A stretch of 64,000 bases of DNA from an uncultured cyanobacterium (GCA_963793425.1 CAWCAG010000009.1:864001-928000); one strand, 5' to 3'. Shown: positions 52,601-63,782, counted from the first letter of the stretch. The notes: generated from the letters alone by a model not told the origin. Numbers and translations are program-made.

Positions 52601-53351
52601 CTTTATCTTTATAAACAAAAGCTTTGTAGTAGCGAGATAAGCTTTCGGAAATCAGAAATTGATTGTTTTTGCTATCTAAACCTAAGTTAGCGAAGATACT
52701 TTTAGATTTGAGATAACTAATATTACTCAGGAGAATTTGCCGCAATACTTCAATGTTATTTAAGTCAGCAAAATCTCTAATTGATTTGATAGAAAAGATT
52801 GAATAATCAAGAACTAATATTCTAACTTGATGTTTATAGCGGAAGTAAATCAAACTATCTGCTTTAAAAAATTCTCCTTTCCGACTATATTTAGTTGTAT
52901 TTACATTACTAATATCCATTCCCAAGGCAGCAAATTGAGATAACCAATCTTGATATACTTTTTGTTCTCCTTTCCGATAAGTACCAAAACTATTATCATC
53001 AGCAAAACAAGATTGAAAGTAAACAACCTCTACTCGTTTTAGCTTCCGTGAACTGTGCCAACCAATAGCAATTAAATATTCATCCAGAAAATTCAAGCCG
53101 GCAAGAAAACTTTTTTGTAAGAAAAAAGTAGCCCATTGTTGAACAATCTGCCGATGTTGTTGACTAACAACACCAACATTATCCATTAACTTACGAACAA
53201 TTTTCGGAAAGCTAACTTGTTCTAAATCTTCTTGGTAAAGATTGCCATAATTATTTTTAATCCCTTTTTGTTCTAGATAAGTCAGCATTCCAATATTAAA
53301 GCCGACTTCAAATAAACGTCCTAAATCTTGGCCTAAGTTTGGGTTGTTCAT
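49677..53351 (-). CDS. large divergent SF2 helicase/ATPase with uncharacterised (possibly nuclease-like) N-terminal region
   Basis: Walker A LTGNPGIGKTT, Ia YISPR, Walker B IAIDEIT, III DAS, IV IIYIQDK, V TASASRGLSFP, VI QVIYRGRG. Confidence 0.8.
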   Translation of the reverse strand: MNNPNLGQDLGRLFEVGFNIGMLTYLEQKGIKNNYGNLYQEDLEQVSFPKIVRKLMDNVGVVSQQHRQIVQQWATFFLQKSFLAGLNFLDEYLIAIGWHSSRKLKRVEVVYFQSCFADDNSFGTYRKGEQKVYQDWLSQFAALGMDISNVNTTKYSRKGEFFKADSLIYFRYKHQVRILVLDYSIFSIKSIRDFADLNNIEVLRQILLSNISYLKSKSIFANLGLDSKNNQFLISESLSRYYKAFVYKDKETMKTIQAGSYAYSFWCWLKSQQQISPEDEVTFNLIGYSDRDYASLCLQQDNLEVLETCYQIYRQDYSPPEITSAREQVLRMIKRKAKRSFANGETFVDNLLQIAKDGIHLVTHQETFTDFNSYLDTIPANIAQNLNLSPQLNLQQAHSELTKQALSSDNDSLYLFLTGNPGIGKTTAISNFLKQEQILQEGFLFFYISPRTQVNLDIAEKFKTDSHSNLLCDDRLIIVNSDHLLIGNNKGKATVQYSSNKRKDSFTLQAVDFFPQGEKPKFTANNSPRVTRKTATRLQDSGSNRKGVLYSISEAIYSLLNNGHNNIIATVAIQSLKKLSGRGDTLKHFQRIFRNVYNQAEGKPLEAKLQQLSQRVKHIFIAIDEITGDRSGVDFLSRITQELKQYRLINPNYFNTKIIVADASIVDSEVIQQHLSDTTAEPNKIFFRKATPNNSCLTKEYFTFNCHKAIAVNTNSYPAKSLQITYKTLIHSLRFQANNKKLYTNKKYDLEESSQKEIIKDIEQITSHSPNEQIIIYIQDKARLQDLINTLQESRGKFTPYQDYLEIHADSDKQEITQYKNNREIQFIFMTASASRGLSFPYVKHILVELPRFEIEANLMEVIQVIYRGRGNPQIDKEDKQLIFYLNEQAVYYLEDADDRQFSLQESKLNILNFLIILHVSIKTRIFGYGNIANEKYLMIPVGGKSIFTAGESVSGKVRNLIKGLKKEHRKCSHDLQLKQAYKQLQELMKTTEITIHETSNQAAEHNLSYLQLLENIRQAFIKPINSNLSTLLNFPPLQIGYVTGSLLIVPLAKQRIEEVYRLTIDDQTLTLAEILSELQQDNHLSKKIQPLIRDTLYLIEELEKQQHRHQTLEQDNQYLDQYYAVPLFIFLVGDVFSVYFQNKEIEPEDQRFRQLLEFYLKSIFPIAQIVPIGHKYEKFPFLVFRSYSLKEMRNKSFSDKYLMNSKELNILNLILAQSDTNRC

Positions 53352-53380
53352 CTCTAAGAATTAATCAGGCTTCTTCTACA

Positions 53381-53460
53381 GTTATAGTCATTTCAGTTTA
53401 GATTAAGACAAGCGTTTCTTGCTGAAAAATTGTTTTACTCTTATTTTAAATAACTATAAC
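53381..53460. repeat. 80-bp imperfect palindrome (MITE/REP-like) between the two genes
   Basis: GTTATAGTCATTT...AAATAACTATAAC; arms pair imperfectly over about 30 bp. Confidence 0.7.
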
Positions 53461-56400
53461 TTGGCATCTAAGGCATCATTCACTTCATTTAAAAAAGCCA
53501 AACCATTAAATTCAACCGTTGCTTCTGCATGAGGAAAAATAGACAATGCTCCAACAGATTTATCACCAATAATATTTGTGTAAGGGTCTAACTTTAACTG
53601 AATATCCTTATTAGCTGCTTCATAGCGGGAAAAGTGAAACAGAGTTAATAATTGCAGAATTTCGTTTTTCAAACTCCGATCTGCATCATTATCAATTAAA
53701 CCCGCGTAAATATCGCTAGTATCAAGAAGATTCTGTTCGTAAACATTTAAAAGAGTTGAGTAAGAGATAACGCCGTTGTAATATTTTTCTCTTCCCCCCA
53801 CTTTAATACCATTAAACAAATTAAAAAATACAGCAATCTGTTTAGTCGGGTCATTAACCACATCGGTTAACTCTTCTGCATCTTGGATATAAAAAGACTT
53901 ACGTAAAGTCTCTTTTAAGCTAACCACATAATACTTATCAAAAAAGACAGGATAAATCTTTAAATCTTCTTGTTCTCCTTTCAGGTTGCGAATTACTTCA
54001 GGAGACATAAAGTAGAAATTGTCTTTTTCTGTCGCAGTTAGATTTAACGTCTGGGAATAAGGAGACTTGGCAATATATAAAATATGCTGGTAGCCATTTT
54101 TGTATAATGTCTCTACTTCTGCTACTAAAGTATCTGGATTACGATAAAGCCTGTTTGTATTATAATGTTCTGAAATAGTTTTGCTGGTATAAACTAAAAT
54201 AGACCCATCTTCTTTACGATCTATCTTAATTATTTCTCCTGTTAAATTAGATTTTTGAGACTCTCCTCTCCAAGTGCGATCGCATTCTCGACTAGAAACT
54301 ACAACTATGGCTAGTTTATTCAGTTTGGGATTAATAGGAGGGTTGGTAAACTTGAATTTTTTCGGGAGGACATTATAAAGAGAGGAAAGACCATTTTTCA
54401 TTTTATAAGCTTTAACATCTTTAACTCTAAACCCTTGAGTATTGGCACGATGATTGACATTAAACAAATGAGCTAAAATTGCGAAATTATCCCGCAAGAA
54501 AACTTCTGCTTTTAAGGGATGCTGTTTATCTCCTAAATGCAGTCTTATAATAGGAAGAAATAATTTCTTATTTAATTTCTCTGTGGCAGTATCCAGTAGA
54601 ATTTTGAGGCTAATATAACTAAGTAACAAGAAAACAAAGCGATAAATAAATGCTTCATTAGCTTGAGAATCTTGAAAAACATCTTGTTTTAGTCGCTCAT
54701 TTTGATAAGGGAACAAGATCAGCTTTTTGTCTTGGAAGCTTTTCTCTAAAATCTTTCTACATTTTTCTACTTGAGGATACAAAACTACAGGAATAGCAGG
54801 AAAATTTCCGGCTGCATACTCCAGAGAAAATTCTTGGTTATCCGTAGTCTCAAAATAACCAATCTCATCAATCTTGATATTGCCTGAAAGATAACATAAA
54901 GAACTAGTATCAATGCTAGCCTCACCTACAGAAATGTATTTGAGAGCAGTTTTATTTTCTCTCAAACCATTACAAAACAAAGTACTACCTTCATCTATTT
55001 TTTCTATATCTGTTTCTAGAACACCCTGCTTAACATTAATTTGAATAGGATATACTCTAGAACTCCGTAACTTAGATGCTTTTGACTTAGTTTGTTGTAA
55101 TAAATCTCTTAACTTATAGATTTTAGTTTCAGCACCATACTCCCTAACACCCTTAACAATTCCTTTGAATAAACTATGTTTTTTATTCTCATCCGAATCT
55201 TTTAAAACAGGTAGAATATTTGCTGCAAATTTATCAATAACCTCGTACTCTAAATCAGACTCTAGATCATAGCCTTGCTTTTTAGGATCATTACCTGCAA
55301 AAACAAAGAAATATAAAACAACGAGGCGAATTATCTTCTTAACAAACCCTTCCTTCCTTTTTCCATCCTCATATTCTAATCCTGCCTTATGTTGTTTACT
55401 CTCAGGATCAATCAAACCCAAATTGTAATCTAAAACAGTTTTACCATCTTCAGATTGAACTTTCCCTGCCAACTTAAGCTTCAAACCAAAAACAAAATTC
55501 AATTCATCTTTATTTTCATCTCTAATTTCTCCTAAATTGCCATCAATTTGAGGAATTATTGGTAAAGAATCAAAAGCTTCTGCACGGGAAAATACCACCT
55601 TAAGATTACAACTTATTCCTCCATAACTAACCTCATAATCCCCATCAGATTTATCGACATCATTAATATACCTTTCTAAAGCTTGTAAACGTCTAATAAG
55701 AACTTCTAAGTAAATCGCATTCGCATTTTCGCCAATATGTTCCCATAAATATTCTAAATACTTAATCTTAGCTGCCCGTTGAACTTTAGGAATCGCTTCT
55801 TCATCCATCAAGCGTTTTAATCTATACCAGTCTGAATCTGGTTTATTTCTATCTCCATATAACTCCTCTAAAAGCTCTTCTGCTTCATCTTTACTACTGC
55901 TACCATTGAAATCAGAAGCTATATGAGCTTTTAAACTTTCTTTTAACCGTAAATCAAATTGCCCTGGCGTATTTTCAATGCTAATAGTTAAACGATGAAA
56001 CTTAAGGAAAGGATAATCTTCATCTTCATGTTTAAGAGTAAGTCGTTGCTTAGATAGTCCGGGATAGTCTTTATTAAAGTCATAACTCAAACTAATTTGA
56101 TTACCAACCTTACCTTGAAACTGATTTAAAGCAGTCCATAATTCTCTAACAAAATCTTCTCTAAATTGGTAATTCCTCTCTTGTAACCAAGAATCTAAAC
56201 ACTTTTCCAAACAAGCTCTAATTTCTCTGTTACAACTCACAAAACTGTCTTTTGAAGACTCAGTTAAATGGGTGGTTGCCACCTTCGCCCCGCGCCAATT
56301 ACTTCCCAAAGGCATCTCTATACCCCCTTGAGTTGCTAAACTATAAGCAATCTCATCTACATCAATAAATAGCTGCTTACCATTGCTAGAAATTCTCCAA

Positions 56401-56498
56401 AGATTAGTAGTTTGTAGACGTTCTAAAATAGCTTTTAGTAGACTGCTGTAATCAACACGAACTAAACTGCGATCGCCTTCCCTGATCGTATTCACCAT
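53454..56498 (-). CDS. 1014-aa hypothetical protein; putative highly divergent Argonaute-like MID-PIWI protein
   Basis: Intact long ORF (certain). Fold inferred by eye from motif order ANTQGF, KMKNGLSSLYNVLP, KLAIVVVSS, HILYIAKSP, IYPVFFDK, EILQLLTLFH, LKLDPY. Confidence 0.55.
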   Translation of the reverse strand: MVNTIREGDRSLVRVDYSSLLKAILERLQTTNLWRISSNGKQLFIDVDEIAYSLATQGGIEMPLGSNWRGAKVATTHLTESSKDSFVSCNREIRACLEKCLDSWLQERNYQFREDFVRELWTALNQFQGKVGNQISLSYDFNKDYPGLSKQRLTLKHEDEDYPFLKFHRLTISIENTPGQFDLRLKESLKAHIASDFNGSSSKDEAEELLEELYGDRNKPDSDWYRLKRLMDEEAIPKVQRAAKIKYLEYLWEHIGENANAIYLEVLIRRLQALERYINDVDKSDGDYEVSYGGISCNLKVVFSRAEAFDSLPIIPQIDGNLGEIRDENKDELNFVFGLKLKLAGKVQSEDGKTVLDYNLGLIDPESKQHKAGLEYEDGKRKEGFVKKIIRLVVLYFFVFAGNDPKKQGYDLESDLEYEVIDKFAANILPVLKDSDENKKHSLFKGIVKGVREYGAETKIYKLRDLLQQTKSKASKLRSSRVYPIQINVKQGVLETDIEKIDEGSTLFCNGLRENKTALKYISVGEASIDTSSLCYLSGNIKIDEIGYFETTDNQEFSLEYAAGNFPAIPVVLYPQVEKCRKILEKSFQDKKLILFPYQNERLKQDVFQDSQANEAFIYRFVFLLLSYISLKILLDTATEKLNKKLFLPIIRLHLGDKQHPLKAEVFLRDNFAILAHLFNVNHRANTQGFRVKDVKAYKMKNGLSSLYNVLPKKFKFTNPPINPKLNKLAIVVVSSRECDRTWRGESQKSNLTGEIIKIDRKEDGSILVYTSKTISEHYNTNRLYRNPDTLVAEVETLYKNGYQHILYIAKSPYSQTLNLTATEKDNFYFMSPEVIRNLKGEQEDLKIYPVFFDKYYVVSLKETLRKSFYIQDAEELTDVVNDPTKQIAVFFNLFNGIKVGGREKYYNGVISYSTLLNVYEQNLLDTSDIYAGLIDNDADRSLKNEILQLLTLFHFSRYEAANKDIQLKLDPYTNIIGDKSVGALSIFPHAEATVEFNGLAFLNEVNDALDAKL

Positions 56499-56828
56499 AA
56501 TCCTAACATCTTCAAACTAATGGTCTATTTCCATCTTCCCACACTTCCACTAGCCACTAACTATTAGCTATTAGCAAAAACCAGAATCTAGGCTGTACCT
56601 TACTAGACTAAGAATTGCTATATTTTATGCAGGGAATTGTGTTTGTAAGCAAAAGTTTACAAATTTTGGGCTGATCAATAACTATTTAGTAACTAACTAA
56701 GTAGGTAAACCCCTCCTAAATCACTACTTGACAAAAGTGTCTTTCTGTGAAGTAAATTACAACTATTTTCCTAAATCCCTTGAATTACTAACAATTCCAG
56801 CCTTCAACATTCATCCCCACAAAAAGTA

Positions 56829-58575
<1,747 letters not shown>

Positions 58576-58603
58576 TATCCACCTCCTACATAGCTTTAAC
58601 CTG

Positions 58604-58643
58604 AAAAAAATAGTTTGTCTTTACGAAGGCAAGCTATTTTTTT
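58604..58643 (+). terminator. intrinsic bidirectional terminator
   Basis: AAAAAAATAGTTTGTCTT-TACG-AAGGCAAGCTATTTTTTT. Confidence 0.8.
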
Positions 58644-58670
58644 AGCCGAAACTGCTAACCTCAAGAACAT

Positions 58671-59183
58671 TCATTCCTCTCTGATCAATGGCAATAAGTG
58701 CATCATATAATCCCGTTTTCCAATTGGTACACCAGCCATGCGAAGAATATCGTAAGCTGTAACCATATGGAAATAGAAATTTGGCATGAGAAAGTCATTA
58801 ACATAGACGCTACCAGACATCTCGGCGTAAAGGTTCTGACTTAAGCCTATGGACGTAACCTCAGCTAGCTTTGCGTCTTTGACATTAATGTCTAAAAGAA
58901 GTTTCTTTGTATTGGCTATATGTTCGTATGCCTGAGTGAGAGATGTGACTTCTGGGTCTAGATTATTCGCTGGCTTGCCGTCACACCACATAGCAAAGTT
59001 GCGTGGTTGATTACAGGTGAAAGCAATCTGTGTTCCGAAGGGAAGCATATCAGCTATAATGCGCTCCTGGAGGAACGATTCACTATCAGAGAAATGAGTT
59101 TGAGCTGACTTCATAAGATGCTCAAGAGTCGTTAAGCGGCTTTCAAAGATGGTTTTGATTAAATCTATATTCTGACTTGGCAT
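58671..59183 (-). CDS. DUF1993 (DinB-like) protein
   Basis: DMLPF..QI, PNFYFHMVTAYDILRMAGVPIGKRDY. Confidence 0.9.
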   Translation of the reverse strand: MPSQNIDLIKTIFESRLTTLEHLMKSAQTHFSDSESFLQERIIADMLPFGTQIAFTCNQPRNFAMWCDGKPANNLDPEVTSLTQAYEHIANTKKLLLDINVKDAKLAEVTSIGLSQNLYAEMSGSVYVNDFLMPNFYFHMVTAYDILRMAGVPIGKRDYMMHLLPLIREE

Positions 59184-59273
59184 TTTATGATCCCTAAAGA
59201 CTGAATTTTCTGAAGTCTAACTATAAATCCTTGTGCAACTTTTTTTCCTATAATAAGCTTTTCCCATCCTCGT

Positions 59274-60470
59274 ATGAATCAGAAGATTAAGAATAGATTA
59301 CGAAGCTTTTCTTGGCCGAGTTGCTTTCCTTATCCAAGTTCGTGGTTGAGGGCTTTAATTCTTGTTCCTATTGCTTTTCCTGGAACTGGTTTGATTCTTC
59401 TTGGCTTCGGAGGGCTTTTAGTCTCAGCATGGTTCAGTAGTTTTTCCGGTTTTATTGCATCTTTAGTTTTAGGGATATTAATTCCAACAATTATTCTGGC
59501 CTTTATTTACCAGATATTCTGGTTTATGTGGTATAAAAAGGCTTCATCCCCTCGCGCATTCAAATGGATTCCGGGAACTAGAAGTTTGTGGCAAGGATTC
59601 TACGCAACAACTGTAATTGGCTTATCTTTCTGTTTGATTTTAGCGATCGCATTTGGATTAGTTTACTCAAGCTGCAAATTATCCAGTGATGTAGGAGAAG
59701 AAATTGCAGAGTGCAGTGGAAAACTGATGGGGAGAGCAATTAGGGCTATGGTTAGCCAGACATTTAATGTTTGGAATTTTGAAGGAGTTGGAGTCTTTGT
59801 CAAGCCCGAAGATGGACTCTATGAAGATATACTTTGGGTTAGACCCTGGTTTTTTGTTTGGTTCTTGATAGCTGCCTATTTGTATCAAATTGAATATCTT
59901 TTTCAAGAACATTTATTTCCCTTTTTAAAAGACAAAATCAAAGAAATAAATAGTAAGTCATCACGTAAAATCCAGACAAATAAAAATGTTAATCCTCTAG
60001 ATTTGGAACTGGGTGAATTGAGGGCAAGTATGGGTTTAACTGAGATGAAGCAAGGAAAAACTAAGAGGTCAGGTAATCAGCATTCTTTTTCTAAAAATCA
60101 AAGATCGACTTCAAAACCGATTGTAATAACAGTTTTAATTCTGCTCATTTGCAGTATCGCTACTGGTGTTTATTTGGGGTTATCCAAAACACCAGTACAA
60201 CCAGTTGCTGTTGCTCCCATATCTACTCCGTCACCTCAAGCCGATCCCTTTCAGGAAGCAGTGAGAAAAGCAACGAATGCAGCACAATTAACTCAGTCTG
60301 CAAAAACTTCAGCAGAGTGGCAAACTGTAGTTAATTTATGGCAAGAAGCTGTAACTTTGATGAAAGTTGTACCGCCAAGCCATCCTCAATACAACGTTGC
60401 CACCCAAAAAGCTAAGGAATACGAAAGTAATCTCCAGTATGCCAAAAAGAATGTAGAGATTGCTCAATAA
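59274..60470 (+). CDS. hypothetical multi-pass membrane protein with C-terminal helical domain
   Basis: Several TM segments; C-terminal AQLTQSAKTSAEWQ...W..A..LM helical module. Confidence 0.75.
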   Translation: MNQKIKNRLRSFSWPSCFPYPSSWLRALILVPIAFPGTGLILLGFGGLLVSAWFSSFSGFIASLVLGILIPTIILAFIYQIFWFMWYKKASSPRAFKWIPGTRSLWQGFYATTVIGLSFCLILAIAFGLVYSSCKLSSDVGEEIAECSGKLMGRAIRAMVSQTFNVWNFEGVGVFVKPEDGLYEDILWVRPWFFVWFLIAAYLYQIEYLFQEHLFPFLKDKIKEINSKSSRKIQTNKNVNPLDLELGELRASMGLTEMKQGKTKRSGNQHSFSKNQRSTSKPIVITVLILLICSIATGVYLGLSKTPVQPVAVAPISTPSPQADPFQEAVRKATNAAQLTQSAKTSAEWQTVVNLWQEAVTLMKVVPPSHPQYNVATQKAKEYESNLQYAKKNVEIAQ

Positions 60471-60486
60471 ATGCTTCTGATTGAGT

Positions 60487-61782
60487 TTAAATATCTAACC
60501 TTTGATAAATTTCATCCAAATGTTGTAAATGATGTTGTGGATCGAAACAAGTTTCAATTTCTTGGGGAGATAGAAACTCGGTTACTTGAGCATCTTTACT
60601 AATCAGATCCTGGAAATTACCTTCGGGAGTATTCCAAGCTGTATGGGCGCAAGCTTGTACTTTTGCATAGGCTTCTTCCCTACTCATGCCTTTAGCAACT
60701 AAGGTTAATAATACCCGTTGGCTGAAAATCACTCCCCCATAAACATTCATATTCCGTTTCATATTCTCTGGATATACCAACAAGTTTTTAACCAAATTGG
60801 TAATTTCCCGCAACATAAAATGGGTAAGAATGCAAGCATCAGGGAAGATAACTCGCTCCACAGAACTATGGGAAATATCTCTCTCGTGCCAAAGTGCTAC
60901 ATTTTCAATCGCGGCAACAGCGTGTCCCCGCACAATTCTCGCCATGCCTGTTAAGCGTTCGGAACGAATAGGATTACGCTTATGGGGCATAGCAGAAGAA
61001 CCTTTTTGCCCTTTAGCAAAAAACTCTTCCACTTCCAAAACATCTGTCTTTTGTAGGTTGCGAATTTCTACAGCAAAACGCTCAATAGTAGCAGTAACCA
61101 GGGCTAATTGTTGTACATAATTAGCATGGCGATCGCGGGAGATAACTTGAGTTGAAGCGGTATCTGGTTCTAGTCCCATTTTTTGACAGGCGATCGCTTC
61201 TACTTTCGGGTCAACATTAGCGTAGGTTCCCACCGCACCAGAAATCTTACCCACAGCAATTTCTTTACGCAAATGGACTAAGCGATCGCGGTTACGCAAT
61301 ACTTCTGCCAACCAACCAGCTAGCTTAAAACCAAAGGTGATTGGTTCAGCATGAATACCATGGGAACGCCCTACCATAACCGTGTAGCGGTGTTGTTGTG
61401 CTTGGTAGCGTATTGTTTGGCTTAATTCTTCAATTTTTTCTAAAATCAAATCCAAACTAGCTACCATTTGCAAAGCTAAGGCTGTGTCAAGAACATCAGA
61501 ACTAGTTAAACCGACATGAATATATCTCCCCGCATCTCCTACATATTCATTAACGTTAGTCAGAAAAGCAATGACATCGTGGCGTACTTCAGCCTCAATT
61601 TCTAAGACTCGTTGAGGATCGAAGTTGGCTTTTTCTTTAATTTCTTCTACAGCTTCTTGGGGAATATAACCTAATTCCCCCTGTGCCTCACAAACTGCCA
61701 TTTCTACTTTTAACCAAGTTTTCAGTTTATAGGTATCAGTCCACAATGCGCCCATTTCGGGCAAGGTATAGCGCTCAATCAC
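60487..61782 (-). CDS. purB: adenylosuccinate lyase
   Basis: MIERY, RHDVIAF, GRSHGIHAEP, GSSAMPHKRNP. Confidence 0.97.
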   Translation of the reverse strand: MIERYTLPEMGALWTDTYKLKTWLKVEMAVCEAQGELGYIPQEAVEEIKEKANFDPQRVLEIEAEVRHDVIAFLTNVNEYVGDAGRYIHVGLTSSDVLDTALALQMVASLDLILEKIEELSQTIRYQAQQHRYTVMVGRSHGIHAEPITFGFKLAGWLAEVLRNRDRLVHLRKEIAVGKISGAVGTYANVDPKVEAIACQKMGLEPDTASTQVISRDRHANYVQQLALVTATIERFAVEIRNLQKTDVLEVEEFFAKGQKGSSAMPHKRNPIRSERLTGMARIVRGHAVAAIENVALWHERDISHSSVERVIFPDACILTHFMLREITNLVKNLLVYPENMKRNMNVYGGVIFSQRVLLTLVAKGMSREEAYAKVQACAHTAWNTPEGNFQDLISKDAQVTEFLSPQEIETCFDPQHHLQHLDEIYQRLDI

Positions 61783-61982
61783 AGTTTACAGGGGGGAAAT
61801 ATAACCGTCACATTGTAACTGATTAAGGGAATAGGGAGTAGTCTGAAGTGGAAAGTGATCAGGAGGTGATGGAGAGAGGGGTTATTTACTAGTTTAAATT
61901 TACATTCCCTTAGCGAAGTTTACTGAATTTGTAATCAAAGTAAACTTCGCCTTTTTAACTTAAGTTTTACGTTACTGCCAAC

Positions 61983-62438
61983 TTAGAGATCGCGACCATT
62001 TTCTCCTGCTACTTGGGATTTAAGGGAGGAAAACTCGCTCTTTAGTTCTTGTCTAGTGGAAGCCCGAAGTAAGTAGCGATAAACAAACCAACCGGAATAA
62101 CCTATGCCTATTAATTCAAAAAGAGGTGCAAGTAAAGGAACATCGTTAATTGAAGAAATTACGGCTAGAGTAATTTTCACAGCGATGATGCTAGAGATAA
62201 AAAGGGCTAAGTAGGTTAAAGGTTTTCTGTACTCAGAAGCGAAATCAATTACGTAGTCAGGGGCTTTGAGAAACTCCGCAACAGGTTCGAGGTATTCTTG
62301 CCAAGGACGATCACTCTTAGCAGGCTCTTTGGTTACTGTAGCCATTGTACCCCCAGGTTCTGCTATAACTTCTGGGGGATGCTGTTCAGCCTGGGCAACT
62401 GTTTTTGCTTCAGCTTGGGTATCAATGTTAGGTTCCAT
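61983..62438 (-). CDS. curT: CAAD-domain thylakoid curvature protein
   Basis: INDVPLLAPLFELIGIGYSGWFVYRYLL...RQEL. Confidence 0.85.
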   Translation of the reverse strand: MEPNIDTQAEAKTVAQAEQHPPEVIAEPGGTMATVTKEPAKSDRPWQEYLEPVAEFLKAPDYVIDFASEYRKPLTYLALFISSIIAVKITLAVISSINDVPLLAPLFELIGIGYSGWFVYRYLLRASTRQELKSEFSSLKSQVAGENGRDL

Positions 62439-62792
62439 ATTTTGCCTATCCTTTGCTTTCTAGGGAATATTTTAGTTCTTAAGAGAAGACGACTTTTGTC
62501 AATTTTAGCTGTCTATATTACTAACTTTTGGTCATATTATCAGAATACATTCGCTTACTTAATTCTGCTTTAGTTATAATCCAAGCTACCAATACCAATC
62601 TTAGTCTCTACCCAAAGATAAATATTTAGTAGGTTTTAGAAGCAACACTTTTCTCTAGTAACTAGGTTCTGCCTCAATTGTAGCTGAAGAAATTTTATCC
62701 TTAATCAGGGGAGAACCCCCTCCAAAATGAAGAGATTGAGAGGAAAATTTAATAAACAACTCAGAAATGAAATAAGAAAAACTAAACTAAGC

Positions 62793-63782
62793 TTACTCTT
62801 GGTGTTCGAGGATTTTAGCGTAATCTCCCAAAGCATAACAAGCAACTCTTAAACTGCCTAAAGTTTGCCTTTCCACCTTAGTGTCAGGAATTATACGAGC
62901 AATTTTTAAACGTTGTTCGTAATAGTGAATCGCTTGAGCATATTCTCCTAGAGCATCGTAAGCTACCCCCAAACGTCCTAATGCTTGCTCTTCTAAACGA
63001 TAATCTTCTAAGAGCCTAGCTGTTTCCAATCTTTCTTTGCTATAAGCGATCGCTTGATGATATTCTCCGATAGTATGACAAACATTAGCTAAATTCTTTA
63101 AAATCTGAGCTTCCATGCGAGTATCGCCAAATTGTCGAGCGATGGCTAAACGTTCTTCATAATAGCTAATCGCTTTGTTATAATCTCCTAAAGCGTAACA
63201 AGCATTGCCTAAGTTCTTAAGAATTTGCCCTCCGATTTTAGAGTCCCCTAATTTACGAGCTAGGGCTAAACTTTTTTCTTGGGAAGCAACCGCTTGTTCA
63301 TATTCTCCCATGGCTTTATAAACCAAACCCAAGTTGTTAAGGCTAATCATTGCCCCCAATTCGTCTTGGAGTTGTTGAAGAATCACTAAACTTTTTTGCT
63401 GGGAATCAATAGCTTGAGGATATTCTGCTGTATGGCGATAGGAGTTACCTAAATTCCCCAATACTTGAGCTTCTAAGCGCTGGTTACTAACACATCTTGC
63501 TTTTTCTAAACTGGCACGATTGTATTCAATAGCTTGTTGATAATCACCTTTGGCATAATAAGTCAGCCCTAAATAGCAATTAACTTTAGCTAATCCAGAG
63601 TTATCTTCTAGTTTTGTATAAACATCAAGGGCCTGCTCAAAGCTATTAATGGCATCATCAAAATGACGGCTTCTGTAAAGCTTAACCCCTTTTTGTAGCA
63701 ACTTGTGCGCCTCAGTTTGTTGAAGCGGTGGTAATGTATCTTTATTTTGCTCCTTATTGCTATTTTCTGTCTCAGGAGTCAT
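62793..63782 (-). CDS. tetratricopeptide repeat protein
   Basis: Repeated NLG..Y..LGEY..AI motifs with about 40-aa period. Confidence 0.9.
   Translation of the reverse strand: MTPETENSNKEQNKDTLPPLQQTEAHKLLQKGVKLYRSRHFDDAINSFEQALDVYTKLEDNSGLAKVNCYLGLTYYAKGDYQQAIEYNRASLEKARCVSNQRLEAQVLGNLGNSYRHTAEYPQAIDSQQKSLVILQQLQDELGAMISLNNLGLVYKAMGEYEQAVASQEKSLALARKLGDSKIGGQILKNLGNACYALGDYNKAISYYEERLAIARQFGDTRMEAQILKNLANVCHTIGEYHQAIAYSKERLETARLLEDYRLEEQALGRLGVAYDALGEYAQAIHYYEQRLKIARIIPDTKVERQTLGSLRVACYALGDYAKILEHQE

Noticed and set aside
49677..53351. Cas3 or type I/III restriction subunit assignment for the helicase
   Set aside because: No HD motif, DEAH/DExH box, cas genes or adjacent methyltransferase seen
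56642..56663. NtcA site
   Set aside because: GTA-TAC spacing is 10, not 8
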